Positions 52,331 through 64,000 of a stretch of DNA of 64,000 nt are shown here, piece by piece; the stretch's first letter is position 1; the number at the start of each line of letters is the position of its first letter. This DNA is from Eledone cirrhosa (lineage: Eukaryota): NCBI GenBank assembly GCA_964016885.1, contig OZ024746.1, positions 68,634,001 through 68,698,000 on the forward strand. The letters run 5' to 3'. A program made the translations under genes and the position numbers. The notes below the pieces were generated by a model. It did not search any database. It saw only the letters and a list, made by a program, of their open reading frames with translations, and was not told where the DNA came from.

Positions 52331-52729
52331 GAACTACCAATGTTGCCCAAGGGAAAGTCAAGGGCTGATACAGTTTTGCACCAGTGATGCTGCAACTCAA
52401 ATCTACAGCTGAGTGAGCTGTAGCAACATGAAATAAAGTGTCTTATTCAAGGACACAGCGAACTACCTGGTTCAGAAATTGAACTCATAACTTCAGGATC
52501 GTTAGCCTAATACCCTAACCACTAAGCCATGCACATTTGTATGTATATTTATCTACTCATTTGATGAAAAGATGTCTGAGGTTGACCATAATAAAACGTT
52601 TTGGCTAATACAGAGGCATACTTCAAAACTTAAGGTAGTAATCAACTGTGTTGAGCAGACATTAATAATATATATAAATATCATCATCATCATCTTCCAC
52701 GCTAGCATGGGTTATATATATATATATAT

Positions 52730-53165
52730 ATCATCATCACCATTTTACATCCGTTCTTCCCCGCTGGCATGGGTTAGACAGGTTGTCTTGTTGTGGGCAG
52801 TGTCCGTTCGGCTGACCTTGTCTTGCTCATACGGGAACTGATTCTGGATTGATTTCTACAGCTGGATTCCCTTCCTAACACCAACCTCATTTACAATGAG
52901 TGGTCAGTGCTTTTTTTCCATGGCGCCTACACATCCACTTTACAGTGTGGGCTGGGTGCTTTTTTGCCATGGCACCTCCATGACCACTTTTGCAGTGGAA
53001 TGATAGGGACCTCAGTCCTATCATCTCATTTCTACAGCTGAGTAAACTGGAGCAATGTGAAATAAAGTGTCTTGCTCAAGGAAACAACACATCACCCAGT
53101 CCGAGAATTGAACTCACAACCTTTCAATTGCAAGCCCAATGCTCTAACCACTAAGCCATGTGCTG
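52730..53165 (-). mobile_element. SINE family B
   Basis: Reverse complement of the 95-438 family, with a small internal duplication. Confidence 0.88.
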
Positions 53166-53196
53166 CCATGATGATGATGAATATCATCAATGTATG

Positions 53197-53228
<32 letters not shown>

Positions 53229-53394
53229 AACACAAACATACACATAACGGATGAGTTTTTACCCAGTTTCCAGCCATGAAGTCCATAATTATTTTATTCT
53301 TTACTGTGATATAATCAGTATAAACCACAAAATAATCGTGGAGCAATCTTCTTAACTACACAGTTATGCATAAATATCACACATACACACACAC

Positions 53395-53776
53395 ATCATC
53401 ATCATCATCATCATCATTTTACGTCCACTTTTCCCTGCTTGCAAGGGTGGGACGGGAACTGATTCTGGCTTGATTTCTACAGCTGGATGCCCTTCCTAAC
53501 ACCAACCTCATTTACAGTGAGTGCTGGGTGCTTTTTTTTACCGTGGCACCTCCACGACCACTTTGCAGTGGAATGATAGGGACTGGGGTCCCTATCATCT
53601 CATTTCTACAGCTGAGTAAACTGGAGCAATGTGAAATAAAGTGTCTTGCTCAAGGAAACAACACATCACCCGGTCTGAGAATTGAACTCACAACCTTTCG
53701 CTTGCAAGGCCAACGCTCTAACCACTAAGCCATGTGCCTCCATAAGCCATGTGCCTCCATAAGCCATGTGCCTCCA
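53395..53776 (-). mobile_element. SINE family B, young, with triplicated 17-bp 5' end
   Basis: Near-identical to 95-438 in reverse. TAAGCCATGTGCCTCCA x3 at 53726-53776. Confidence 0.92.
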
Positions 53777-54432
53777 TATATATATATATATACACATAGA
53801 GGATAGTAAATATCTGACAGACATAACAAAAAGCGTCTTTTTTTATATCTAACATTAATGCCAAATTGAGACAAAAATTGTACATTTTTTTACATAAAAG
53901 ATTCTTAGAGTTTTCAATAAAGATGGAAGTAATGTATATTATTACAATTCTGATTGATTCTAGAGATGTACATTTAGCTGGGGTGTTTTTTTTTTGTTTT
54001 TTTTGTCACTTCTAATCCCAATTTAGCTGACAGTTTTACAAAGACTGTTGCACAAAATTCCAACATTTAACCTCTCTTAGCTATTATGTGATGCACTGGT
54101 GTTTCACAAATGTTCTATTTACTCAGCCAAGTACACCAATATTTTCTTTCTTTAATATATTGTCTAATTATTTTCTTAGAGTTTATATATATCAATCGTT
54201 GACTGTTCTGACTCAGTAAGTGGAATAATGAAAAGTGGTTTTAATGGCTCATGTCCGACAGACATCTGTTGGCAAGAAGGAAATTGGTAAATGTGTGTGT
54301 CTGTGTGATGGTGTGTTTTTGTTGTAGCTAGTGTCGTATTTTCTCTTTATAAAGATAGTTAAATGAGAATGAATAGCAGCCTCCCCACCTTCCCCAAGAT
54401 GTGGGAAAATTTGTGGGTTTTGTTCAGCTTAA

Positions 54433-54634
54433 CTCTTTAGCATTTCTACTGGCCATATCCGGCCAGAATTCTCTCACCTTTTTCTGTTCAAACCGACCAT
54501 AACCGGCCACTGATACTGACATTAAAGTATTGTTCTGAAAATAAATATCATCAAAATCTCATAGATTCCATATTATGTGAGATAAAGCCTTTACCATGAA
54601 AGTATAATAGTAGAGTAATGTAAATGCTAAAGGG
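54433..54634. mobile_element. piggyBac-type MITE, family 1
   Basis: TTAA|CTCTTTAGCATT ... AATGCTAAAGGG|TTAA. Confidence 0.85.
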
Positions 54635-55230
54635 TTAAACATCTGTAGGTCTGTGTGTCTGCAGGGAAATGTGAGCAGGGAAGGATTCTAGAGAGTTAGA
54701 GTTCTGGGAAAGTGTTTAGAGCAAAGGTTGGATGATGAGACATACAAAGTGAGAAATAGGCTTTGGTAAAGAGGGTTTGTATGTAGTTATTTGAGTGAAG
54801 AAAAAGTTACTGCAGTAGTGATAGATGAGGAAGATGTAGAATCAACAGCATATGTGGGTGAGCTAGCTGTTGAAACATTTTGGTAATTGTATCACTGGAA
54901 ATCAATGAAATGATCTTGTTTTAGATACAGTCTAGGATGTGTAGATATTAATAGTAGTACACACATGTAAGCAATATATCAATGTAAGGCTTATTTGAAC
55001 TTTGTAGAGAATTAGTAACTGATTAAATTTTAAGTATTCCCAGGCTCTAAAGAGAAACCCTATTTTCTGTCATACAGTTACCACAGGAAATTATGTGAAA
55101 TAGTGAGATATAGCATTTGTAGCAACTTTGGGGAATTTAATTGTGCTTTGTTAAGGGTTAGAAAGGATCAGGTACAAAACTTGATATGTGTAGCATCTTA
55201 TTCATTTTACTTTCATCATGTTACCATTAA

Positions 55231-55708
55231 CCCTTTAAACTGGCCATGTCTGGCCAGAATTCTTTCACCACTTTCTGTTCAAACTGGCTGTAACCAGCTG
55301 CTCATACTGATGTTAAAGTATTGTTCTCAAAATAAATAACACAACATATAGATTCGATATTATGTGAGATAATTATGTGAAATAAAGTGTTTACTGTGAA
55401 AATACAATAGTAAATATAGAGTAATGTAAATGCTAAAGGTTTTAAAAGGCTTCTTAAGGCCTCATGGTTCTATGATAAAAAGCCACCAATTTAACCCTTT
55501 AATGTTCAAACCGGCCAAAACCGGCCAGAATTCTCTAACTCTTTCTGTTGAAACTGGCTGTAACCAGCCCCTCATACCAATGTCACTCAAACTGATGTTA
55601 AGGTATTGTTCTTAAAATAAATACTTTCAAAATCTCATAGATTCGATATTATTTAGGATAATTATGAAAATAGAATAGTATATGTAAAATAATGTGAATG
55701 CTAAAGGG
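55231..55708. mobile_element. Two adjacent piggyBac-type MITEs, family 1 (55231-55441 and 55495-55708)
   Basis: Each begins TTAA|CCCTTTAA and ends ATGCTAAAGG(G/T)TT. Confidence 0.85.
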
Positions 55709-55796
55709 TTAAGGGGTTCCTAGTCAAATGAGATTCTCCCAAATGAAATTCTTATATAATTTATATAAGGACCATATCTTAAGTTATTTTAGTAAT

Positions 55797-56016
55797 TAGG
55801 GCGGTGGATTGGCAGTATCGGTAGATATTCGGATGCCATGCTTTGCAGCAAAGAGTTACGGCCCTTTATGATCTGAGTTCAAATCCCGCCAAGGTTAACT
55901 TTGCCTTTCATCCTTACGGGGTCGATAAAATAAAGTACCAGTCACACACTGGGGTCGACTTAATCGACTTTCCCCCTCAGCCAAAATTGCTGGCCTTGTG
56001 CCTAAATAAGAAAGCA
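55797..56016 (+). mobile_element. SINE family A (long variant), young, with 13-bp TSD
   Basis: Complete and CpG-rich. TTATTTTAGTAAT on both sides. Confidence 0.92.
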
Positions 56017-57103
56017 TTATTTTAGTAATGAAATAAATAAATTTTGTAAATCCCTTAAAATTGTTCATTAATTAATTGAAATAGAGAATATTTCATTAGA
56101 AATAGTTATGAAAGGGTTAAGCACTAATACTCAGTAATTAAATTAAGACTAAATAATAGCCATTTCAGAAAACCTACTCAGGCTCTACTTAGGTGCCTTA
56201 CAAACTATTCTGCTTTACCAGCAAAATACTAATCTGGCTGATTATGCATTAAAAGAGTGATTAAGAGTTAAATACAATTCCTAATACTAACACATTTTTA
56301 TGAAGTAAAGTTTTAATTTCCCTGAGTCAATGTACTTTCATTATAAAACCTGTTTACAAGAAAATTTTCAAATTTATTTTAGAGTTTCTACATTGAAACA
56401 AGAATGTATTATGAGAGAAAATATGAGAAACAAAATATTTCATACTGTCATAACATCACTGTGGAGGAATGTTTCCTGATATGTGAGAACCTATGTACAG
56501 GCTGCCTTAGTTCTACATTGTGTAGTTTAACTAATTATGATCTGACTTCTTGTTCATTTCTTGTATTTATAACCTCCTCTAAAATATTTCATGTGTAATC
56601 ATGTTGTGTTTATTAGAAGAAAGAACTTTAAAACATCCAGGAAGAGAAATGAATATAAGACATTTTACTGTAATAATATTTCATAAATTTAAATAATTTT
56701 GAAAACCAAACAATGCATTAGAAAGAAAATTAAATCGCTAAGATAACAAAAGAATCTTACCATAGCAAATTTAATGATTCCAAATATTTTCAGATTTAAA
56801 AACCCATTATCAAGGGAGTATCTCTGAAAGACTTCATTAATGTTTCATTCACACAATACACAATGTTGTCATTTTAAGTCCACCTTCCCATGCTGACGAA
56901 TCACAGAATAGCATTCCTATCAAGAACCCCCTAAACAATTAGGAAAATAGTCAGAATTTTAGTCAGGTTGGATACACCTTACACTACATTTAAGAAGAAA
57001 TCTATTATTGATATTCTAGGTACCCAACTAATGTGAACACGTGCGCACAACTTTTGGCCCATTTCTACTACTAACCAGATCGCAAATATATATGTAAAAT
57101 ATT

Positions 57104-57142
<39 letters not shown>

Positions 57143-57759
57143 ATATATGTGTGTGTGTGTGTATTACACACACATATATATGTGATATATATGTGTGTGT
57201 ATATATACATATACACACACATTCATACATATATATATGATGGGTGTAGTGTAACCTGACTTAAAGACAAAGATTGACAAATAAGCATGAAATACATATT
57301 TAAAATCTTATTGCAGCTAGCAGCTGTGTGTTAATTGTACATGTCACCTAGTACTGGAGATGAGAATAATGTAACCAAGATACTATATCTGTGAAACCAG
57401 ACATGAAAACATAAGCGACTGTGAGATAAACTTTTATCTGCTTATTAACTGTGCTTCTTACAATATTAAGCATTATACAAATTACTACTGAAAACTACGA
57501 ATGTATGTACAGATGTTCTTTAACTCTGTTTTGTTAATGACTTGTTCAAAGGAAGCACATGATTGGGAGGAAGTTCAAAATTTGAGCAAATACTATCTGT
57601 TCGTTTACTTTCCTTTCTAAAATTATTCCTTTATAATTTCAAGTCTCTTTTACAGTCACTCATCTTGGTGATTCTCTTGGTTCATTAACAATAAATTTCA
57701 CAGGAAAAACAAAAACATCAATGCCTATCTTCCTTGCTAGCAGCACAAAGGATGTTGAC

Positions 57760-58063
57760 ATCATCATCATCATCATTTTATGTCTGCTTTTCCCTGCTTG
57801 CAAGGGTGGGATGGGTCCTTTTCAGTACATCATCTCTCCATTCATCACGGTCCCTTGTCATCTCCCCCGCATGCTTCAGTGTTCTGTGGTCAGCTCTCAC
57901 CACCTCCGCCCATGATTTTCGTGGTCTTCCTCTACTGTGTTTTCCTTCTACTTGGATTTCTTGGCACTTCTTTACCCAGCGGTCATCCTCCATGCGCATC
58001 ACATGTCCATACCAATGCAGTCTTCTCTCTTGCACACTAAAGCTTATCCCTCTTATACACAAC
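57760..58063 (-). mobile_element. RTE LINE 3' end
   Basis: QERRLHWYGHVMRM...RGRPRKSWAEVVR, then a 3' end ACCCTTGCAAGCAGGGAAAA and (TGA)n tail matching the tail of SINE B. Confidence 0.92.
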
Positions 58064-58169
58064 TGAAAAATCCTCTGGACCCTTTGTTTGGCACATTTTC
58101 TATAGCTGAATGACCTTCCTATGATTATTTTATTTATATAAACTTTGTTTTTATGGCTTTATCTACTTC

Positions 58170-58570
58170 TATTATTCTACCACCATGTCATTTATGATTG
58201 CTGGGACCTAGCTCCAGCCACAAATCTAGTCCATAGCTTTCAGCAGGTTGTCTCCTAGACATTCCCAATTTTCCTCTATGCTATACGTCTCCATCTGCTC
58301 TTTCTTATTGTCATAAGCATTGAGTACGATTTCTCTGAATTTGTTGCCAGCTGAAGTTTCTTTCAGCCTCCATGCCTTTCTTCTTTAGGTTGGTGTTTGT
58401 CTCTGAGTCTATCTAAGCCCTTACTCTTAGATCACTGATAATTAATCTGTGTTGTGAGGTACATTGTTCACCAGAGAAACACCATTTATTATCGTTCATC
58501 TATCTCATTTCCACCTGATTATCTACCAATCAGGTGGCTGGCTGTCTGACTGGTTTCCTGAGGTTTCTGC
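58170..58570 (-). mobile_element. RTE LINE fragment (end of the APE endonuclease and linker)
   Basis: Minus frames FSGEQCTSQHRLIISDLRV and WRLKE...ENWECLGDNLLKAMD*ICGW. Confidence 0.8.
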
Positions 58571-60377
58571 TACAAATGTTTAGTTCAAAAGCATCATAAA
58601 AAAGTTATGTTTAAGTAAAGAATTTTGTTCAACAGAAATAGATCTACTAAAATAAATAAGCTAATTTGTTATTTGAAGTTAGTTTTCAAGTTGACTGATA
58701 AGATTTTTTCCCCTTAGGTAACTTATTTGTATTTATAACTTTCAAAATGTTGTGTGATTTGCTGAAAAATGAAGATCACTAACAGTTTTATTTTACAGAA
58801 GTGTCTTTTTGTTTACCTAAATATTACATGTAATCAAACTGGTTTACATTTACTAATATTTTCTTAAAGTAATATCTAATTTTTCTCTGTCTCGGCACGA
58901 TATGCTGATTAAAATGACATATGAAAGAATGAACTAACTTCACATTCACTATATTTTCATTTTTTCCAATAAAATAATCTCTATTCAGATATCAAAATTT
59001 TCAATTGTTTTCCAGTCAAAAAGAGTGGGCTAATTCTTAATATTCTAACAAATAACTTTTTCTTTTAAAATTTCACTATCTTAATAGAGCTAAGCAAATA
59101 AAAATAGTTTTAAATTGTTGGACGCTCTCTAAATATGATATACTGGCTAATAGCAATAACTAGACTTGTACGGGTTTACTAAAACCTAAAATAAATATAG
59201 TCACATATATATATTTTGCATAACATGCTGTAAGCCTTTTTGATACCAAACTGCTTGAAACTGTCCCTGGTTTTATTATACAAAATTGTTTGTTTTAAAA
59301 TGTTTATATTTATCTAAAAATCTTCCATCATAAATTTATGTAAGATAATTTGTTAAATTATGTTCCAAACACCAGCTTATTAATGAGAAAATTATTTATT
59401 TTACTAAATTCCTCCAAATTCTTGATTATTTTCAAAATTATTTGAAAATTATAGAGTGTCTTTTATTAGAAATATGGTAATGAAAGAATTAAAATATGCT
59501 AACAATATCAATTTGTATTGATACATATATGGGGGGGGGGAGCATTTTCCTGGTGGGCTTTTTTAACAACATTGAAATAATTAATTTTCATCAAGTAAGA
59601 AAGACACCAAACAATTTCAGTAAAATATTTCAATTACAATATTTTTAATTGCTGATGTTCTTGTTTAGCCCTGGGTCAGCCTGGATAAAGCATTTTAGCA
59701 GTAATAATCTAGTCATTTTGTATATAAAGGGACTGCATTATTCAAGGTGTCTTCCTTTTTTGAAAACATTAGGCAGTGATTAGAGGGAAATTTGGCTGCT
59801 ATTTTAGCAAAGGCGTTTTATTGATTCGTAGAATTGCTTACAAAGTTGTATATTTGACACTTCCTTGGCTAAAGAATCTTTCAAAAATAAAACATCAAGA
59901 ATTTGTAAAATTTATTCTTAACCCATTCTCTCTCTTCTAATCTCTTCAATATTCATCATACCTCATTTTTGTTATTTATATTTTTTCTACTGTCATGCTA
60001 GATGAGCATATTCTGGTGGAAACTACATCCAACATCTAGAAATGATCAATCACTTTGTTATACATTTGCAAACAGGTCTAACTCACAACAACAGACACAA
60101 ACATGGCTTTGTGGTTAAGAAGTTTACTTTACATCTATCTACACAGTTCTATATTCAATCCTACAGTGTGGTACCTTGGGTTAGTATCTTCTATTATAAC
60201 CTTGAGTTGAACAAGTCTAACCCATGCTAGCATGGAAGGTAGACGTTAAACGATGATGATGATGATGATGATGATGATGATAATGATGATGATGACACCT
60301 ATCATGTGTATATGTGTGACTATCTGTTTCTATGTAAGGTAAAACTGTAAACTTATATAAATCAGTATCAAATTTAG

Positions 60378-60505
60378 CAAAACTATATTCTTTTATATGT
60401 GTGTGTGTATATAAAACTATATTCTTTTATATGTGTGTGTATATAAAACTATATTCTTTTATATGTGTGTGTATATAAAACTATATTCTTTTATATGTGT
60501 GTATA
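60378..60505. repeat. ~33-bp tandem repeat (4 units)
   Basis: AAAACTATATTCTTTTATATGTGTGTGTATAT repeated. Confidence 0.9.
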
Positions 60506-60584
60506 CTTGTAACCAACAACAGTACTGTTCACTAATTGTGATAAATAAACACTAGTAGCTATTTCACTCCACCTGTATTGTTTT

Positions 60585-60835
60585 ATGTACGTAAAAAGAG
60601 AGTAAAATTTGCTGGTCACTGCCATTGTGCCACCTATGAAGCTGTGTCCCCATTAGTGCTTTGGAAACCACAAGCAGTCACTAATAACAAGGTTCACAAG
60701 CTCTCCTATTCCAATGTCATTTCCAGAGATTCTGGTATTGAAATCCAGTATTTGGCAACATCAATAAACGACAGACCCACGTGGAGATCAATTGTTGAAT
60801 TGATTTCGGCTGAGGCTGCCGGATGATAATGATGT
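60585..60835 (+). mobile_element. RTE-X-like LINE 3' end
   Basis: RKKRVKFAGHC...LVLWKP...LSYSNVISRDSG...DRPTWRSIV, stop codon, then a short TGATAATGATG tail. Confidence 0.75.
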
Positions 60836-61009
60836 ATGTACAGACCCGTAAGTCGTGATGGAATTGTAGGGGTGCTATTGAAGCATATATTGTGCCTTGG
60901 GGACTTTAAATCTAGTGTTGCCCATCACCTCGCCAGGTCTGAACACAGATGATTTCTTCCAGGCAAGAAGAAAGAAAGAGTGAGAGAGAGAGGAAGTGAA
61001 AAAGAAATA

Positions 61010-61180
61010 TAGGGGAAGAATCAACCCTAGTATTGGACTGGCACTTTTTTTATGGACCTCAAATGGATGAAAGGCAAAGTTGGTCTTAGCAGGATTTGAA
61101 CTCAGAAAGTGCAGAGAGCTGGAATAAATATCTCAAAGCATTTTATCTGATGTTCTAAAGACTCTGCCAATTTACTGCCT
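61010..61180 (-). mobile_element. SINE family A, degraded
   Basis: GGATGAAAGGCAAAGTT...GGATTTGAACTCAGAA...CTGCCAATTTACTGCC. Confidence 0.75.
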
Positions 61181-61809
61181 TCTGTATTGCTTTAGGCACT
61201 TGATAAAAAAAAACCAAAAGGTCATTACTTCAATTTGTTCTCTCCTGAGAATACCAATGCCTTAGATGTCAAGCAGAAAATAGATAATTGATATTTGATC
61301 TTCTGTTGTTTTACTCATGTGTGAAATAAACTACTGCATTTGATTTTTCAAACATTAGAATTCTCAATAGAAAAGTGGTACAGTGCTCAATTCATAAAGA
61401 AGACATCGTGTTATCACAATTTTCAATCTAGTTTACAATATTATCTTCCCATTCTGTAGAGATAATTCCCTCATCTGGGATGCAGTGTCCAACAATACTA
61501 TCTTCAGCAACCATCTGGTGCATTCGGGTGACAGACCAGTCTTTGTTGTCCAGCAAACTGAAGATCACAAATTGAAGATCACAAACTGTTGAAATATCGG
61601 TCACATTCCAATAGATTTATCATTGAACATGTAGCTGTGGAGACTACCAGTATTCTTGTTAATGGCAATAGGGGTGATTAAAATGTCATTATAATGATAA
61701 TAGCAATAATACTAATGGGTGACAGTAAAGGGATTGCAAACAAGCTAATTAGATGCCCTTTGTCACCTATTAATAAGAAGAAAGGGCTGTGAATAAATCC
61801 TAATCTCTA

Positions 61810-62160
61810 TCACCATCACTACTATCTTTAACTTTAGTGATTGTGAGACAGGTCTTTAGCAACATGGCAAGATACCAGTTATCATGATTCTAATGTCAAA
61901 ACTAATGTCCTATATCTTCCTTGGTCTCCCTCTTCAAGTGACATTCTCCATATGTCTGTCTGTACCAGAGCAGTTGTCTCTTTGGCATGCAACATCGCAT
62001 TCCCCTTATATTCAATTTTTCTCTCGGCTCATTTTGACAGCATCATTCATACACACTAACATTACACATACAGTGGAACATGTGTACTTCATCTCTCTCT
62101 CTCTCTCTCTCTTTGCACATGTCTCCACTTTACATTTGGTTACAGTTTATGTCCCACATA
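61810..62160 (-). mobile_element. Degraded RTE LINE 3' fragment
   Basis: Reverse complement gives relics of ERNE..MLRWMCNVS and GRPRK.W. Confidence 0.65.
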
Positions 62161-62839
62161 AACAATATGCCCGCAGATTTGTGACCTTCTATGCCATTCT
62201 GTGCACCCTTTTGAAATAATTAAAAATTTCTAACAAATTTTTAATTTTTATTAACAATTTTTTTGTCTATCTCTTATTATTTTAATTTAAACCAGAAGAT
62301 GAACATATTTTACATACCAAAGGGTTAAATAAAATTCAGTAAAATAATCCAAACTGTCAAATAACCAGAATTTAAAAAATTATAAGGGCCATTTCAACAC
62401 TTTTTACACTCATATTTTAGTTCTAATGTGATTCTAGAATGTACATTAAATTCCCACTTAACTGTAGCCCCTATCACCTGATGGTAGTTGGTGAGAACCC
62501 TTCGTGTTTTAGTATGCCAGTGATTATCAAAATTTGATAATTATGTATGTGGATTTTCATTTGATGTAGAATTTTTAAAAAGTTTCACAACTTGACCATA
62601 TATTCGTATTTGTTTTATTTTTTGTCTATTGTAAGAAGCAAGCTAAAAAAGGAGGATGTATAACTTTTTATCCCACCACCCCATCTGCCCTGATTTTGAG
62701 AAATAAGATATTTTGAAAATATAAAAAATTTTTTAAAGCAAGTATTGTTTGATAGAACTTATAAACATTAACTAAAAGATATTTTTATGACAAAAAAAGT
62801 AAAAAACAAAATGCATAATTCATTTGTTTATTTTATGGG

Positions 62840-63766
62840 GAAATACAATTTAGCAGCTCATCATGTCAAAGAATTCCAAATTCTAAAGGAAGAAAATGGA
62901 AGCTTTAATGAGGATTGGGAACTGCAGTATTATTTTGTGTCTGTTAAAGATAAGATGGTTTGCTTACTTTGTAATGCTGCAATATCAACATTAAAGAAAT
63001 TCAATGCTAATCAGCCTTATGCCATTCATAAGGACTATAAAAAAAATCTAAGACTATATGTGATGTGTTGAAAAAAATTCGAGCATTTTGGGAAAATAAA
63101 AAAGCTATATTTTTTCAAAACTCTTCTTCAAAAAGAAATTTTGTATGAACATTTTCCCCAGTTAGCAAATGCTATTGAAGTACAGGTGAATTCATGTGAA
63201 TCATTTGAATAATACACAGCTGCTATAGATCTACAATGAAAGGTTCATTAATTTTGAGCATCATGACATTATACTCACGTTGGCATTTCAACCTCACCTA
63301 GTTGATATCATCAAGGCTCCCAAAGAATTACAGATGGAATTGATTGAGCTCTCAGAAGATGATATTATAGAATCCTTATTTGATGCTAAGAAAGATCTGA
63401 TTGAAAAATTGCTTTTTAAACACATTGCTGCAAATCTACATTCTCCTAACTAACCCAAATCAAGATGCTTTTGATATCACAAATGGCAATTGCCCATCTC
63501 AAGGTTCAGTTGAAACTTCAGGCCTCCATGCTGCAACCAAATATCTAAATGCTTTCCTACAAGCAGTCACAACAAAGTCATTAAAAGGTAGTTAGCTTAA
63601 GAATTAAATGTTTTTCATTTTTTTAGATAATTACTACATAGTAATTAGATTTTGACAAAATTATGTAGATTTAAAGAATGTATAATTATGGTTTCTAGAA
63701 TGTGACTTTATTAAATTACAAGTAACTTAATATAGTCTTTTATCATCAATAGGTTCCCCACCTCTG
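62840..63766 (+). mobile_element. Decayed, internally deleted hAT transposon (SPIN/Buster, GTF2IRD2-like transposase)
   Basis: FNEDWELQYYFVSVKDKMVCLLCNAAISTLKKFN (N-terminal zinc-finger region), HFPQL, YNERF and PKELQMELIEL motifs, with stops and frameshifts. Right TIR AGGTTCCCCACCTCTG at 63751-63766. Confidence 0.88.
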
Positions 63767-64000
63767 TAACAGACTACCTCAAATGGTCTCGACTAACTCA
63801 TGCCAGCATAGGAAAATCAGACATAAAAATGATTATATATTTCATCATCATTACCATTTAACATCTATGTTTGCATGAGTTAGACAACCTGCTATGTTCT
63901 AAAGTTAGAATGGTCAGACAACCATACCTTCTGCTTTTTTTCTCAGTTGCAGTTTTCTACAGCTGGATGTCCTTCCTAATGCCAACCATATGACAACATG

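Overview
AT-rich, repeat-dense eukaryotic DNA, very probably from an octopus (coleoid cephalopod). The assignment is an inference from the repeat content: tRNA-headed SINEs with RTE-type (TGA)n tails, SINEs with a Deu/Nin-like core, RTE, CR1 and RTE-X LINE fragments, and abundant (TA)n/(TACA)n microsatellites. The window reads as mostly intron. Only one protein-coding exon is well supported: 14741-14867 on the minus strand, encoding the first two-thirds of an atypical WW domain with Cys in place of the first Trp. Two weaker candidate upstream exons lie near 48.5 kb and 56.8 kb. The rest is SINEs, 5'-truncated LINEs, piggyBac-type TTAA MITEs, hAT MITEs, a decayed SPIN/Buster-type hAT transposase, Helitron-like non-autonomous elements and several large minisatellites with higher-order structure. 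The most unusual structures are (i) a 980-bp A-B-C-A-B(inverted) foldback element with 357-bp arms in a TA microsatellite, (ii) a SINE-RTE LINE chimera inside a single 42-bp direct repeat, (iii) a second foldback repeat family, and (iv) a PHD-like finger inside RTE reverse transcriptase relics. Almost all ORFs in the supplied track are low-complexity artefacts. Coordinates and mismatch counts were read by eye, and the edges of degraded repeats are approximate.
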